A stretch of DNA of 64,000 nt, taken from positions 110,417-174,416 of the forward strand of contig PWKK01000023.1 in assembly GCA_003560665.1 (NCBI GenBank), given 5' to 3'. Shown piece after piece: positions 37,675 through 47,652 of this stretch. The translations under genes and the position numbers were made by a program. Numbering within the stretch: the first letter of the stretch is position 1; each line of letters opens with the position of its first letter. This stretch comes from Candidatus Nealsonbacteria bacterium (GTDB lineage: Bacteria > Patescibacteriota > Minisyncoccia > Minisyncoccales > PWPS01). The notes below the pieces were generated by a model, which worked only from the letters and a program-made list of their open reading frames with translations, ran no database searches and had not been told where the DNA came from.

Positions 37675-38082
37675 ATGTTGTTTCCGAAAAAAGTAAAACA
37701 TAGAAAACACCGTAAAGGAAGAATAAAAGGAATTGCTCGCAAGGGTTGTTTTGTTAATTTTGGTAGCTACGGACTAAAAGTAGAGGAAAACGGACACATA
37801 AGTTCAAGACAGATAGAAGCGGCGAGGAGGGCAATTATCCGTTATCTAAGGAAAGGAGGAAAGATGTGGATAAGAATTTTCCCCGACAGACCGATTACAA
37901 AAAAGGGGCAAGAAGTTCCAATGGGAGGAGGAAAAGGAAGCGTCGATCATTACGCGGCTCCGGTAAAGGCGGGGAGGATTATTTTTGAAATTGACGGGAT
38001 TGCGGAAGACAAGGCTAAAGAAGCACTAAGAAAAGCTGGCGACAAGATGCCGATGAAAACAAAATTTGTCAAGAAACAGTAA
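37675..38082 (+). CDS. rplP: 50S ribosomal protein L16.
   Basis: MLFPKKVKHRKHRKGR. Confidence 0.95.
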   Translation: MLFPKKVKHRKHRKGRIKGIARKGCFVNFGSYGLKVEENGHISSRQIEAARRAIIRYLRKGGKMWIRIFPDRPITKKGQEVPMGGGKGSVDHYAAPVKAGRIIFEIDGIAEDKAKEALRKAGDKMPMKTKFVKKQ

Positions 38083-38083
38083 C

Positions 38084-38281
38084 ATGAAAGTAAAAGAAAT
38101 AAGAAAAAAGAACAGAGAAGAGTGCTTGAAGTTGCTTGCGGAAAAGGCAAAGAGGCTGCATGATATCAGATTTGCTGGAGCGGACTCAAAATCTAAGAAC
38201 ACCAAGGAGGCCACCGGATTGCGTAAAGATATCGCGAGAATAAAAACAATCTTAAAAGAAGAAAAAAGAGATGAAAAATAA
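38084..38281 (+). CDS. rpmC: 50S ribosomal protein L29.
   Basis: MKVKEIRKKNREECLKLL. The start was chosen at the ATG immediately after the rplP stop. Confidence 0.85.
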   Translation: MKVKEIRKKNREECLKLLAEKAKRLHDIRFAGADSKSKNTKEATGLRKDIARIKTILKEEKRDEK

Positions 38282-38528
38282 ATTAAAAGGAACAATTGTC
38301 TCCGATAAAATGGAAAAAACGGTAGTTGTTGAAGTTGAAAGAATAAAAGAGCACCCGCGCTATAAGAAAAGATATAAGGAGCATAAAAAGTATAAGGCAC
38401 ACAGTGAAAAAGGAGACTATAAACAGGGGGAAAAGGTTTTTATTGAAGAGTGCAGGCCGATAAGTAAAGACAAAAAATGGCGTGTAGTGGGAAGAGTTGA
38501 ACAGAATAAAAAACAACAAAAATCATGA
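38271..38528 (+). CDS. rpsQ: 30S ribosomal protein S17.
   Basis: [14 protein letters not shown]. Confidence 0.9.
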   Translation: MKNKLKGTIVSDKMEKTVVVEVERIKEHPRYKKRYKEHKKYKAHSEKGDYKQGEKVFIEECRPISKDKKWRVVGRVEQNKKQQKS

Positions 38529-38896
38529 TTCAGACAGAAACAGTTTTAAAGGTTGCCGATAATGCCGGTGCAAAAGAGATTCAGTGCTTTCGTGTTCTTG
38601 GAGGAACAAGAAGACGTTATGCAAGAATAGGAGATGTTATCGTTGCGGCGGTAAAAAAAGCGGAACCCAGAAAAATCGTAAAAAAACACGATGTGGTTCG
38701 TGCTGTGGTTGTGCGCCAAAAGTATAATTATCGAAGGAAAGATGGAAGTTATATTCGTTTTGATGAAAATGCTGCTGTTGTTTTGGACGAGAAAACAAAA
38801 AAACCGAAAGGAGGGAGAGTTTTTGGCCCGGTTCCTCGAGAGCTTGCAGAAAAAGGATTTCGAGAGATAACAACAATGGCCAAAGAAGTGGTGTAA
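38525..38896 (+). CDS. rplN: 50S ribosomal protein L14.
   Basis: [18 protein letters not shown]. Confidence 0.95.
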   Translation: MIQTETVLKVADNAGAKEIQCFRVLGGTRRRYARIGDVIVAAVKKAEPRKIVKKHDVVRAVVVRQKYNYRRKDGSYIRFDENAAVVLDEKTKKPKGGRVFGPVPRELAEKGFREITTMAKEVV

Positions 38897-38907
38897 AGAG
38901 ATTAATT

Positions 38908-39222
38908 ATGAAAATCAAAAAAGGAGATACAGTTTTAATAATTAGCGGAAAGGACCGCGGAAAAAAAGGCAAGGTCCTTCAAGCCTTCCCAAAAGAAGGA
39001 AAAGTTTCCGTAGAAGACGTCAATCTTTTAAAAAAACACGTTTCCCCGGAAAAACAGAAACAACAGCAAAAGGGAAAAAAAGTTGGACAAATTGTAGAGT
39101 TTCCTGCCCCAATATCTGTCTCGAATGCTAAGATCTTGTGCCCGAAGTGTGGAAAAGGGACGCGTATCGGGAGTGAAAAAGGAGAGAGGGTTTGTAAAAA
39201 ATGTAATCAAAAGATAAAATAA
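38908..39222 (+). CDS. rplX: 50S ribosomal protein L24 with a C-terminal zinc-ribbon extension.
   Basis: KOW region (MKIKKGDTVLIISGKDRGKKGKV) plus a C-terminal CPKCG...CKKCN. Confidence 0.9.
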   Translation: MKIKKGDTVLIISGKDRGKKGKVLQAFPKEGKVSVEDVNLLKKHVSPEKQKQQQKGKKVGQIVEFPAPISVSNAKILCPKCGKGTRIGSEKGERVCKKCNQKIK

Positions 39223-39788
39223 TGACCGGCCTGAAAGAAAAATATCAAAAAGAAATTGTTCCGGAACTGAAAAAAGAGTTTGAACTGAAAAACTCTTTAG
39301 AGTGCCCGAAAGTTAAAAAAGTTGTTTTAAATGTGGGAATTGGGAACTGGGTTACGAAGGATGCTTCGCGAAAAGAAGAAGTGCTGAAAAAAGTTTCTGA
39401 GGATTTGAAAATGATTACCGGACAGAAACCGCAACCGGCACCGGCAAAAAAATCAATTTCCGGATTTAGCGTAAGAGAAGGAACGCCGGTCGGACTCAAA
39501 GTAACCTTGCGTAGAGATAGGATGTACAACTTTATTGATCGACTTGTCCATATCGTTTTTCCTCGCGTTAGAGATTTTCAGGGGGTAAAGAGAACATCAG
39601 TTGACAAAAGCGGTAACTTGACAATAGGGCTCAAAGAACAGGTTGTTTTTCCGGAAATTTATGCGGATGATACAGATTTCTTTTTCGGTGTGGAAGTAAC
39701 TATCACGACATCGGCGAAAAACAAAGAAGAAGGAGTTGCTCTACTAAATAAGATGGGAATTCCTTTTCAAAAAGAGCAAACCGTATAA
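39222..39788 (+). CDS. rplE: 50S ribosomal protein L5.
   Basis: Position and family pattern. Confidence 0.95.
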   Translation: MTGLKEKYQKEIVPELKKEFELKNSLECPKVKKVVLNVGIGNWVTKDASRKEEVLKKVSEDLKMITGQKPQPAPAKKSISGFSVREGTPVGLKVTLRRDRMYNFIDRLVHIVFPRVRDFQGVKRTSVDKSGNLTIGLKEQVVFPEIYADDTDFFFGVEVTITTSAKNKEEGVALLNKMGIPFQKEQTV

Positions 39789-39806
39789 TTCAAGAATTAT
39801 TTTTTT

Positions 39807-39992
39807 ATGGCCAGAAAAGCAAAAATAGAAAAATCAAAAGAAAAGCCAAAGTTTTCTACACGAACGGTAAGAAGGTGCTTTAAGTGTGGACGGCCAAGAG
39901 GAATTTTGAGAAAATTTGAGCTTTGCAGAATATGTTTTCGTGAAATGGCAAACAAGGGAGAAATTCCCGGTATTAGAAAATCAAGTTGGTAA
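39807..39992 (+). CDS. rpsZ: 30S ribosomal protein S14 type Z (zinc-binding).
   Basis: CFKCGRPRG...CRICFRE. Confidence 0.95.
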   Translation: MARKAKIEKSKEKPKFSTRTVRRCFKCGRPRGILRKFELCRICFREMANKGEIPGIRKSSW

Positions 39993-40002
39993 TTTAATTA
40001 TT

Positions 40003-40398
40003 ATGTATACAGACCCCATAGCAGACATGTTAAACAGAATTCGCACCGCGCAAGCAGTGGGCAAGCAGGCGGTCGATGTTCCCTTTTCTCTTTTGAAATA
40101 TAATATTGCAGAGTGCTTGGAAAGGGAGGGCTTTGTCGGAAAGGTTGCCAAAAAGAAAAAGGAAAAAAAGAGTCTTTTTTCTGTTTCTTTGAAATATGAT
40201 GAAAAGGGAGAGCCGGCAATAACGGAGATAAAAAGAGTTTCTTCTCCCGGGCAAAGAATATATAAAAAGAGTAAAGAATTGAAGAAAATCAGAGGCGGCC
40301 GAGGAGTTTCCATTGTTTCCACGCCAAAGGGATTGTTGAGCAATAAAGAGGCACGAGAAACGGGACTGGGGGGAGAAGTAATATGTGAAGTATGGTAA
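40003..40398 (+). CDS. rpsH: 30S ribosomal protein S8.
   Basis: MYTDPIADMLNRIRTA. Confidence 0.95.
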   Translation: MYTDPIADMLNRIRTAQAVGKQAVDVPFSLLKYNIAECLEREGFVGKVAKKKKEKKSLFSVSLKYDEKGEPAITEIKRVSSPGQRIYKKSKELKKIRGGRGVSIVSTPKGLLSNKEARETGLGGEVICEVW

Positions 40399-40411
40399 TC
40401 TTTTTAAAAAC

Positions 40412-40951
40412 ATGAGTAGAGTAGGAAAAAAAACAATTAAAATACCCGTGGGAGTGGAAGTGAAAGAGGAAGAGAACAGACTAATTGCAAAAGGCGAAAA
40501 AGGAGAGCTTTTTCTTAGTATTCCTTCCGAGATAGGAGTTAAGGTTGAAGGTGACGAGATTTCGGTTTTTCAGAAAAAAGAAACAAAAAAGAGCAGAGAA
40601 TTGTGGGGAACAGTGAGATCTTTGATTGCCAACATTGTCGAAGGAGTAAGCAAAGGGTATCAGAAAGATTTACAAATCAAAGGAGTGGGTTATCGCGCAG
40701 AAGTACAAGATGGGAAACTGGTACTGCGAGTTGGTTTTTCTCACCCGGTAGAAGTAGACAAGGTTGAAGGAGTGGACTTTGAAGTAAAGAAAGACATCAT
40801 TACGGTTTCGGGAATCAAAAAAGAGCTTGTCGGGCGAGTTGCTGCCGAGGTTAGAGGTGTACGACCACCGGAACCTTACAAAGGAAAAGGAATTAGGTAC
40901 AAAGACGAGGTAGTGATGATGAAAGAAGGTAAAAAAGCGACTGGCAAATAA
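40412..40951 (+). CDS. rplF: 50S ribosomal protein L6.
   Basis: MSRVGKKTIKIPVGV. Confidence 0.95.
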   Translation: MSRVGKKTIKIPVGVEVKEEENRLIAKGEKGELFLSIPSEIGVKVEGDEISVFQKKETKKSRELWGTVRSLIANIVEGVSKGYQKDLQIKGVGYRAEVQDGKLVLRVGFSHPVEVDKVEGVDFEVKKDIITVSGIKKELVGRVAAEVRGVRPPEPYKGKGIRYKDEVVMMKEGKKATGK

Positions 40952-40977
40952 AATAGTTTTCAACATTTAAGAGAAAT

Positions 40978-41319
40978 ATGACCGATAAAACGAAATTAAA
41001 CAGAAGACACAAAGCTATCAGGACTCGTGTTTCCGGAACGGCGGAAAGACCGCGTCTTCAGGTTTTCCGATCACTGAACCATATTTACGCGCAACTGATA
41101 GATGATGATAAAGGAGAAACCATTTTGACGGAAAACGACCAAAAGGAAAAATCAAAAAAAAAGAAAGTGGAACGAGCATTTGAAGTTGGAAAAAGAATTG
41201 CCGAGAAGGCGAAAGAGAAAAAGATAAAAAAGGTTGTTTTTGACCGAAAAGGGTATCTGTATCACGGACGAGTGAAAGCAGTGGCGGAAGGAGCCCGTAA
41301 GGGTGGATTAGAGTTTTAA
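40978..41319 (+). CDS. rplR: 50S ribosomal protein L18.
   Basis: [20 protein letters not shown]. Confidence 0.95.
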   Translation: MTDKTKLNRRHKAIRTRVSGTAERPRLQVFRSLNHIYAQLIDDDKGETILTENDQKEKSKKKKVERAFEVGKRIAEKAKEKKIKKVVFDRKGYLYHGRVKAVAEGARKGGLEF

Positions 41320-41335
41320 TTAATCCCTATAAAAC

Positions 41336-41788
41336 ATGAAGAAAAAGGAAATTAAAAAAGAATTTGAGAACGAAGTTCTTGATATTAGCAGAGTGGAAAG
41401 AATGACTGCCGGAGGAAGACGGTTGCGTTTTCGTACTTTGGTTGTTGTCGGAGATAAAAAAGGAAAAGTTGGTGTGGGGACGACAAAAGGACAAGACGTT
41501 CAGCAATCCATAGAAAAGGCAACCAAGAAGGCACAAAAAGACATAGTGGAAGTTGTTATTACCGAGGGAGGAACTATTCCCCACGAGATAAAGGCGAAAC
41601 ATGGTGCAGCGGTAGTGCTTTTGAAGCCGCAATCGGAAGGAAGAGGGCTTGTTGCCGGAGGGACGGTAAGAGCGATATGTTCTATGGCGGGAATAGAAAA
41701 TATTTCCGGAAAGATCTTGGGAAATACCAGAAATAAATTAAACAACGCGAAAGCAACAATTAAAGCCCTGCAAAGCCTTAAGAAATAA
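41336..41788 (+). CDS. rpsE: 30S ribosomal protein S5. It is directly followed by rplO, with no rpmD (L30) between.
   Basis: VVVGDKKGKVGVG. Confidence 0.95.
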   Translation: MKKKEIKKEFENEVLDISRVERMTAGGRRLRFRTLVVVGDKKGKVGVGTTKGQDVQQSIEKATKKAQKDIVEVVITEGGTIPHEIKAKHGAAVVLLKPQSEGRGLVAGGTVRAICSMAGIENISGKILGNTRNKLNNAKATIKALQSLKK

Positions 41789-41792
41789 AAAC

Positions 41793-42362
41793 ATGCAAAT
41801 TCACGATATACAACCGAATACAAAGCCAAAGAAAAGAAAACGCATTGGTAGAGGCGGGAAAAGAGGCACGTACTCCGGAAAAGGAATAAAAGGGCAGAAG
41901 TGTCGTGCAGGAGCAAAGATGCAACCAATGATAAGAGAACTGATTAAACGTTATCCGAAACTAAGAGGGTATAAGTTTTCTCCCCTAAAGAGCGATTTGG
42001 CGATTAACATCTCTGTGTTGGATAAGGTTTTTGAAGATGGAGCGACGATAGATCCGAAGGCAGTCACTCGAAAAGGATTGACGAAGAAAGGAGGAAGATC
42101 TCAGATAAAAATACTCGGCAAAGGAGAAACAAAGAAAAAGTTTTTTGTGAAAGATTGTTCGGTTTCGCAAAGTGCGAGAGAGATAATTGAGAAAGCGGGC
42201 GGAAGTGTTGGTAAAACACAAGACAAGAAAAATGCAAACCACAAAGAACAAATTGCCAATAAAACAGAAAACACAAAAAAGAAAAGCACAAAGGAAAAAG
42301 AACAGAAGGGAAAGATAAAAAATACAAAGAATAAAACACAAAAAGCGAGTAAAAAACAATAA
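41793..42362 (+). CDS. rplO: 50S ribosomal protein L15 with a K-rich C-terminal extension.
   Basis: KRIGRGGKRGTYSGKG. Confidence 0.9.
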   Translation: MQIHDIQPNTKPKKRKRIGRGGKRGTYSGKGIKGQKCRAGAKMQPMIRELIKRYPKLRGYKFSPLKSDLAINISVLDKVFEDGATIDPKAVTRKGLTKKGGRSQIKILGKGETKKKFFVKDCSVSQSAREIIEKAGGSVGKTQDKKNANHKEQIANKTENTKKKSTKEKEQKGKIKNTKNKTQKASKKQ

Positions 42363-42424
42363 TCTAAAAGCAAGCAACTTGTAATTCGTATTTTCGAATT
42401 TCTCACTGATAGATTAAAAGCATT

Positions 42425-43705
42425 ATGTTTGAAAAAATCGTTAAAATATTTCAAATTCCTGACCTGAGAAAAAAGATTCTTTTTGTTCTCGGCGCCTTTG
42501 CGGTTTTTCGAACGATGGCGAATATTCCGATGCCGGGAATTGATCCTCAAGGAATGCAAGAGCTTTTTGATCGTTTTCAGATGTTCCAGTTTGCCGATCT
42601 TTTAATCGGAGGTACTCTTGATCAGTTTTCTATTGTGATGCTTGGCCTTGGACCCTACATTACATCGGTAATTGTTATTCAGCTTCTTACTTTGGTTTGG
42701 CCAAAGTTGCAACGGATGTACCGTGAGGAGGGGGATGCCGGTCGCCAAAAGGTAAATCAATATGGGAGAATGATGACTGTTCCTTTCGCATTTCTGCAGA
42801 CGTTCGGAATGCTTACTCTTTTTCAAAATCAAGGAGTGCTTCCTTCTCTTAATCTACTGGAGATGATAAATATTTTAACTGTTGTTACCGCTGGAACAGT
42901 GTTTTTAATGTGGCTCGGAGAACTTATCACTGAAAGAGGAATCGGAAACGGAGTTTCTCTCCTTATTTTTGCCGGAATTATTTCATCTGTTCCCGCCAAT
43001 GTAGGACACATGGTGCGAGATATAATGTTTAACCCGGAAGCGGTACCGATGTACATTCTTTTCTTTCTTATCGGAGCTCCGATTATCGCTTCCGTGGTAC
43101 ATGTAAATGAAGCGAGAAGAAATATTCCCGTCTCTTATGCGAGAAGAGTAAGAGGAAGAAAAATGTATGGTGGAGCTTCTACCTACCTGCCGTTGAGCTT
43201 AAATCCAGCAGGTGTAATTCCTATTATTTTTGCGATGTCGATGGTGGTTCTTCCTTCAATGCTGGTGGGATTTCTTGTAGGAGTGGAGGGTTTTGTAGGA
43301 AACGTAGCGGAATCAATTTCCGGATTTCTTGAGATGACTTTGGTTTATGGAGGATTAATTTTTATTCTTGTTTGTCTTTTTACATATTTTTATACATCGG
43401 TAACTTTTGATCCAAAGAATGTTTCTGAAAACTTGCAGAAAATGGGCGGATTTGTACCGGGAATAAGGCCGGGGAGACCGACAGCAAATCATATAAGCTA
43501 TATCCTCAACAGAGTGCTTCTTGTCGGAGCGTTGTTTTTGGCGACTGTCGCCGTACTGCCAATGGCAATTGCCGCTATTACCGATATTGAAGCATTCGGG
43601 TTCCTTATTGGAGGCGCGTCATTAATTATTATCGTAAGTGTGGTTTTGGAAACCATTAGACAGATAAACGCTCAGCTTCAGATGAGGGAGTACGAAACCA
43701 TTTAA
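42425..43705 (+). CDS. secY: Preprotein translocase SecY.
   Basis: 10 TM helices, GIGNGVSLLIFAGI. Position after rplO. Confidence 0.95.
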   Translation: MFEKIVKIFQIPDLRKKILFVLGAFAVFRTMANIPMPGIDPQGMQELFDRFQMFQFADLLIGGTLDQFSIVMLGLGPYITSVIVIQLLTLVWPKLQRMYREEGDAGRQKVNQYGRMMTVPFAFLQTFGMLTLFQNQGVLPSLNLLEMINILTVVTAGTVFLMWLGELITERGIGNGVSLLIFAGIISSVPANVGHMVRDIMFNPEAVPMYILFFLIGAPIIASVVHVNEARRNIPVSYARRVRGRKMYGGASTYLPLSLNPAGVIPIIFAMSMVVLPSMLVGFLVGVEGFVGNVAESISGFLEMTLVYGGLIFILVCLFTYFYTSVTFDPKNVSENLQKMGGFVPGIRPGRPTANHISYILNRVLLVGALFLATVAVLPMAIAAITDIEAFGFLIGGASLIIIVSVVLETIRQINAQLQMREYETI

Positions 43706-43709
43706 AAAA

Positions 43710-44411
43710 ATGAAAAACAAACTGGTAATACTTATCGGACCCCCCGGTTCGGGCAAAGGAACACAGGCTCTTCTTCTCGCTGATAAAAAAAAGATGACGC
43801 ATTTAGAAGTAAGCAAACTTTTAGAGAAGAAGTTTCTCGGTACATCCAAAGAGGATATTATAAAGATTGGGAAGAAGGAGTACAGCCTAAAAGAACAGGA
43901 GAGAAGGTGGAGAAACGGTCTTTTGTGTGAAGACGAGTTCGTTGCAGAGGTTGTAAGGGAGAGTCTTGGGAAAATGCAAAAAAGAGATGACTCTGTCTTG
44001 CTGGACGGCTACCCGCGTACGGTAAATCAGGCAGAGTTAGCCGTTCCGTCTCTTCTTGATTTCTATAAACAATCAGATATTTTGGTGGTATATTTGGACG
44101 TTGGAGAAGAAGAGTCTCTTGAAAGAAATAAGAACAGAAGGGTTTGCTCACTGATGCGCCATTCGATTATTAGTCTTCCTGAAACAAAGAATCTCTCGAT
44201 TTGTCCTGTAGATGGATCTCCTCTAGAAAAAAGAGTAATGGATGATCCGGAAACCATAAAAGTAAGATTACGCGAGTTTCGAGAAAAAACAGCCCCTATT
44301 CTTGAATATATGGAGTCAAAAAAAATAACTGTGGCTCGTGTTGACGGGGTGGGCACGATTAGCGATGTTTTTTTTCGAGTTCTTCAAGAAACGGAAAGTT
44401 TTAATATATAA
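43710..44411 (+). CDS. adk: Adenylate kinase (long LID form).
   Basis: GPPGSGKGTQA, DGYPRT, and a LID region with 2 Cys. Confidence 0.9.
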   Translation: MKNKLVILIGPPGSGKGTQALLLADKKKMTHLEVSKLLEKKFLGTSKEDIIKIGKKEYSLKEQERRWRNGLLCEDEFVAEVVRESLGKMQKRDDSVLLDGYPRTVNQAELAVPSLLDFYKQSDILVVYLDVGEEESLERNKNRRVCSLMRHSIISLPETKNLSICPVDGSPLEKRVMDDPETIKVRLREFREKTAPILEYMESKKITVARVDGVGTISDVFFRVLQETESFNI

Positions 44412-44413
44412 TT

Positions 44414-44989
44414 ATGGCCCCTAAAATTGTTTTTTTTCTCGGACGACCCGGTTCGGGCAAAGGAACCCAAATCAAATTCTTTGCAGAAAAAACAGATTTC
44501 GAAGTAATAAATACGGGAGATCTTCTCCGAGAACGAGCGGAAAAAGACGATTTTATTGGGAAGAAAATAAAGGAAACGCTATTAAATGGAAGACTGATTC
44601 CAACTCCGTTGGTTTTTTTGTTATGGATGCCCGTTTTATTAGGGTTCCGCGAAAAAGGAGTGAAAGGAGTTATTTTTGATGGTAATCCTCGGAAGCTTTA
44701 TGAGGGATGTATGTTAGAAGAGCTCTTTGAGATGTTCGGTTGGGATGAAGTAATGGTCCTTTATCTTGAGATAAGCGAAGATGAGGTACACAAAAGACTT
44801 GAAAAGAGAGGAAGAGATGATGATAATAAAAAAGAAATAGAAGAGAGATTGAAGTGGTTTAGAGAAGACGTTGAACCGGTTGTGAAATACTATTTTGAGA
44901 AGGGAATGCTCTTGAAAATAAACGGCGAGCAGTCGGTGGAAAAAGTAAGAAAAGAAATAGAAGAAAAAACAAAAAGCTTTCTTAAATAA
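44414..44989 (+). CDS. Second adenylate-kinase-family NMP kinase (short LID, no zinc site).
   Basis: GRPGSGKGTQ and DGNPRK motifs. Tandem with adk. Confidence 0.8.
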   Translation: MAPKIVFFLGRPGSGKGTQIKFFAEKTDFEVINTGDLLRERAEKDDFIGKKIKETLLNGRLIPTPLVFLLWMPVLLGFREKGVKGVIFDGNPRKLYEGCMLEELFEMFGWDEVMVLYLEISEDEVHKRLEKRGRDDDNKKEIEERLKWFREDVEPVVKYYFEKGMLLKINGEQSVEKVRKEIEEKTKSFLK

Positions 44990-45732
44990 TGCTGAAGTCG
45001 GAAAAAGACATCGTCATAATGAGGGAAGGAGGAAAGATCTTAGCGGAGATTATGGCGGATGTAAAGAAAAAAGCCGTTCCCGGAGTTACTACCCTTTTTT
45101 TAAATGACTACGCCGAAAAACTTATTCTTAAAAAAAGGGGGAAACCATCCTTTAAGGGTTACAGAAACTTTCCGGCCACTCTTTGTACCAGCGTTAATGA
45201 CGTTATTGTTCACGGAATACCTTCAGAATATGTTTTAAAGGAAAAGGATATTCTCTCTCTTGATTTAGGTTTTTTCTATCGAGGATTTCACACTGACATG
45301 GCTGTAACATTTCCTTTAGGAGAAGTGGAAGGAGAGTCTTTGCGCCTCGTAAGAGAGACGAAAAAAGCGTTAAAGAGGGGAATTAAAAAAGCAAGAGAAG
45401 GAAACACTCTCGGTGATATTGGAAACACTATTTCAAGACACGCTCAAAAAAGTGGTTTCTCGGTAATGGAAGGCCTTTGTGGACACGGAATTGGGAGGTA
45501 CGTACACGAGGGACCGCAAGTTTTCAACGAAGGAAAAAGGCACAAGGGCTTAAAAATTGTAAAAGGAATGGTTTTTTGCATTGAGCCGATGTTTTCTATC
45601 GGAGGTAAAGAAATAAAAGAAGGGAAGGACGGAGCAGCGATTGAAACGGCAGACAAGTCGCTGTCGGCACACTTTGAGCACACGGTGGCGATAACGGAAA
45701 GTGGTACAGTTGTGCTCACAGAGCTTGAATAG
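44989..45732 (+). CDS. map: Methionine aminopeptidase type I.
   Basis: Pita-bread fold motifs (DLGFFYRGFHTDMA, HGIGR, FCIEPM). Confidence 0.9.
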   Translation: MLKSEKDIVIMREGGKILAEIMADVKKKAVPGVTTLFLNDYAEKLILKKRGKPSFKGYRNFPATLCTSVNDVIVHGIPSEYVLKEKDILSLDLGFFYRGFHTDMAVTFPLGEVEGESLRLVRETKKALKRGIKKAREGNTLGDIGNTISRHAQKSGFSVMEGLCGHGIGRYVHEGPQVFNEGKRHKGLKIVKGMVFCIEPMFSIGGKEIKEGKDGAAIETADKSLSAHFEHTVAITESGTVVLTELE

Positions 45733-45817
45733 TATTGTGCCATGGAGATGTTTGATAAAATTTGTTTATTTTGTATAATGAGCGTAATTTGAAATTATAA
45801 TTAATATTCCTGTTAAT

Positions 45818-46846
45818 ATGAATGAAGGAGAAAAAAAAGAAGAGTTTCCGTCGGAACTTCGTTATGATGTTTCCTCGGGAGACTGGGTGGTGATTGCATC
45901 TGGAAGGGCAAAGCGTCCGGAGATGTTTAAGAGAGAAGAAAGAATTAAAGAGGAACCCTCTGAAAAGGATTGTCCTTTTTGTGATTTCGACAATTTGAAA
46001 AACGCAATCGTTTCTTTTGAGAACGGAGAAAAGGTTAAAGAGATTACCGAAAATTGGAGTGCCATCTCCATCCCCAACAAGTTTCCTGCCTTTATGCCTG
46101 CCGACGAACTTGAAAAAAGATACGAAAACAGCTTGTATCAAACAATGAACGCGGTTGGTTATCACGAAGTGGTTGTTACGCGTGATCACCGCAAATCCTT
46201 GGGAGAGCTTCCGGTTGACAAGGTAAGAGAGGTCCTTAGTCTTTACAGGGAAAGATATTTGGAGCTGAAAGAAAAGAAACACGTTAATTATGTTTCTATT
46301 TTTCACAATCACGGACTGGAGGCGGGAGCGTCTATTGCTCACCCTCACTCACAGATACTGACTACCCCCCTTGTTGATATTGACCTAAACAAAGCTCTCG
46401 AGAAGGGGAGAAGTTATCACGAAAGCAAAAAGAACTGCATCTACTGCCAGATGAACGAGTGGGAGATGGAAAAAAAAGAAAGAATCATCTACGAAAACGA
46501 CCTTTTTTTGGTTATCTGTCCGTTTGCATCTAAGGCCGCTTTTCAGACCATTATCTCTCCGAAGGCACACCTGGCCTATTTTGAAGAGATTACCGAAAAA
46601 GAACTGGACTCTCTTGCTGACGCGCTTAGTGTTGCCCTCTCCAAGCTTTACAGAGGACTTAACGACCCTCCTTACAATTTTTATCTTCACTGTGCTCCGT
46701 CTGACGGAATGGATCACGGTTATTATCACTGGCACTGGACAATACTCCCAAAGACCTCTATTTGGGCAGGATTTGAGCTCGGAGCGAGAATGGAAATCTC
46801 TACCATTAAACCGGAAAAGGCGGCAGAATATCTTAGAGAACAGTGA
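45818..46846 (+). CDS. galT: Galactose-1-phosphate uridylyltransferase (HIT-like GalT family).
   Basis: CPFC zinc motif and HPHSQ (HxHxQ) active-site motif. Confidence 0.8.
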   Translation: MNEGEKKEEFPSELRYDVSSGDWVVIASGRAKRPEMFKREERIKEEPSEKDCPFCDFDNLKNAIVSFENGEKVKEITENWSAISIPNKFPAFMPADELEKRYENSLYQTMNAVGYHEVVVTRDHRKSLGELPVDKVREVLSLYRERYLELKEKKHVNYVSIFHNHGLEAGASIAHPHSQILTTPLVDIDLNKALEKGRSYHESKKNCIYCQMNEWEMEKKERIIYENDLFLVICPFASKAAFQTIISPKAHLAYFEEITEKELDSLADALSVALSKLYRGLNDPPYNFYLHCAPSDGMDHGYYHWHWTILPKTSIWAGFELGARMEISTIKPEKAAEYLREQ

Positions 46847-46938
46847 TCTGAAAAAAGATTAAAATACAAAAGAGAAAGTAAGAGTTATAAATGACAAATT
46901 ATGAAAACCCGCCGAACGGCAGGTGATTACTGAAAAAA

Positions 46939-47652
46939 ATGGAAAATCCGTTAATCGTTGCCAACTGGAAGATGAATCCTCAAACGACAGAAGAAGCAAA
47001 AACAATTGCCCTTTCTTCTGACAGAAAAGGAGTTGTTATCTGTCCTCCCTTTGCCTTTATAAAAAGCGTAAAAGAAAGGGTAAAGAAGGCGGAGATAGGA
47101 GCACAAAACTGTTTCTCGGAAAAGAAAGGGGCTTTCACTGGAGAAACCTCTCCCGTAATGCTAAAAAAGTTGGGGTGCAGATACGTTATTATCGGCCATT
47201 CAGAGAGAAGAGAGTATTTTGGTGAAAATAATAATTTGATTAACAAGAAAATAAAAGTAGTTTTAAAAGAGGGGTTAACGCCGATACTTTGTATTGGAGA
47301 GATGAAAAAAGATACTGGCGGCATGGATGATATTAAGGAGCAGCTTGTCGAGGGAGTTGGCGATCTTCAGGTAAAAAAAATAATTATCGCTTATGAGCCG
47401 ATTTTTGCTATTGGGACGAACTTGCCCTGTGATGTTGAAGAGGCGGAGAAAAAGAAAGTTTTCATCAAAAACGTTCTTGCAAAAAATTACAGCAAAGGAG
47501 AGCAAGCAGCTGTTCTTTACGGCGGTAGCGTCAACTCAAAAAACGCATCTTCTTATATCAAAAAAGCGGGATTTCAGGGCCTCCTTGTCGGTGGTGCTTC
47601 TCTTAAGATAAAAGAGATGAAAAAAATAATAGAAAACGTTTACTCGTTATGA
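46939..47652 (+). CDS. tpiA: Triosephosphate isomerase.
   Basis: VANWKMN, IGHSERR, AYEPIFAIGT. Confidence 0.9.
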   Translation: MENPLIVANWKMNPQTTEEAKTIALSSDRKGVVICPPFAFIKSVKERVKKAEIGAQNCFSEKKGAFTGETSPVMLKKLGCRYVIIGHSERREYFGENNNLINKKIKVVLKEGLTPILCIGEMKKDTGGMDDIKEQLVEGVGDLQVKKIIIAYEPIFAIGTNLPCDVEEAEKKKVFIKNVLAKNYSKGEQAAVLYGGSVNSKNASSYIKKAGFQGLLVGGASLKIKEMKKIIENVYSL

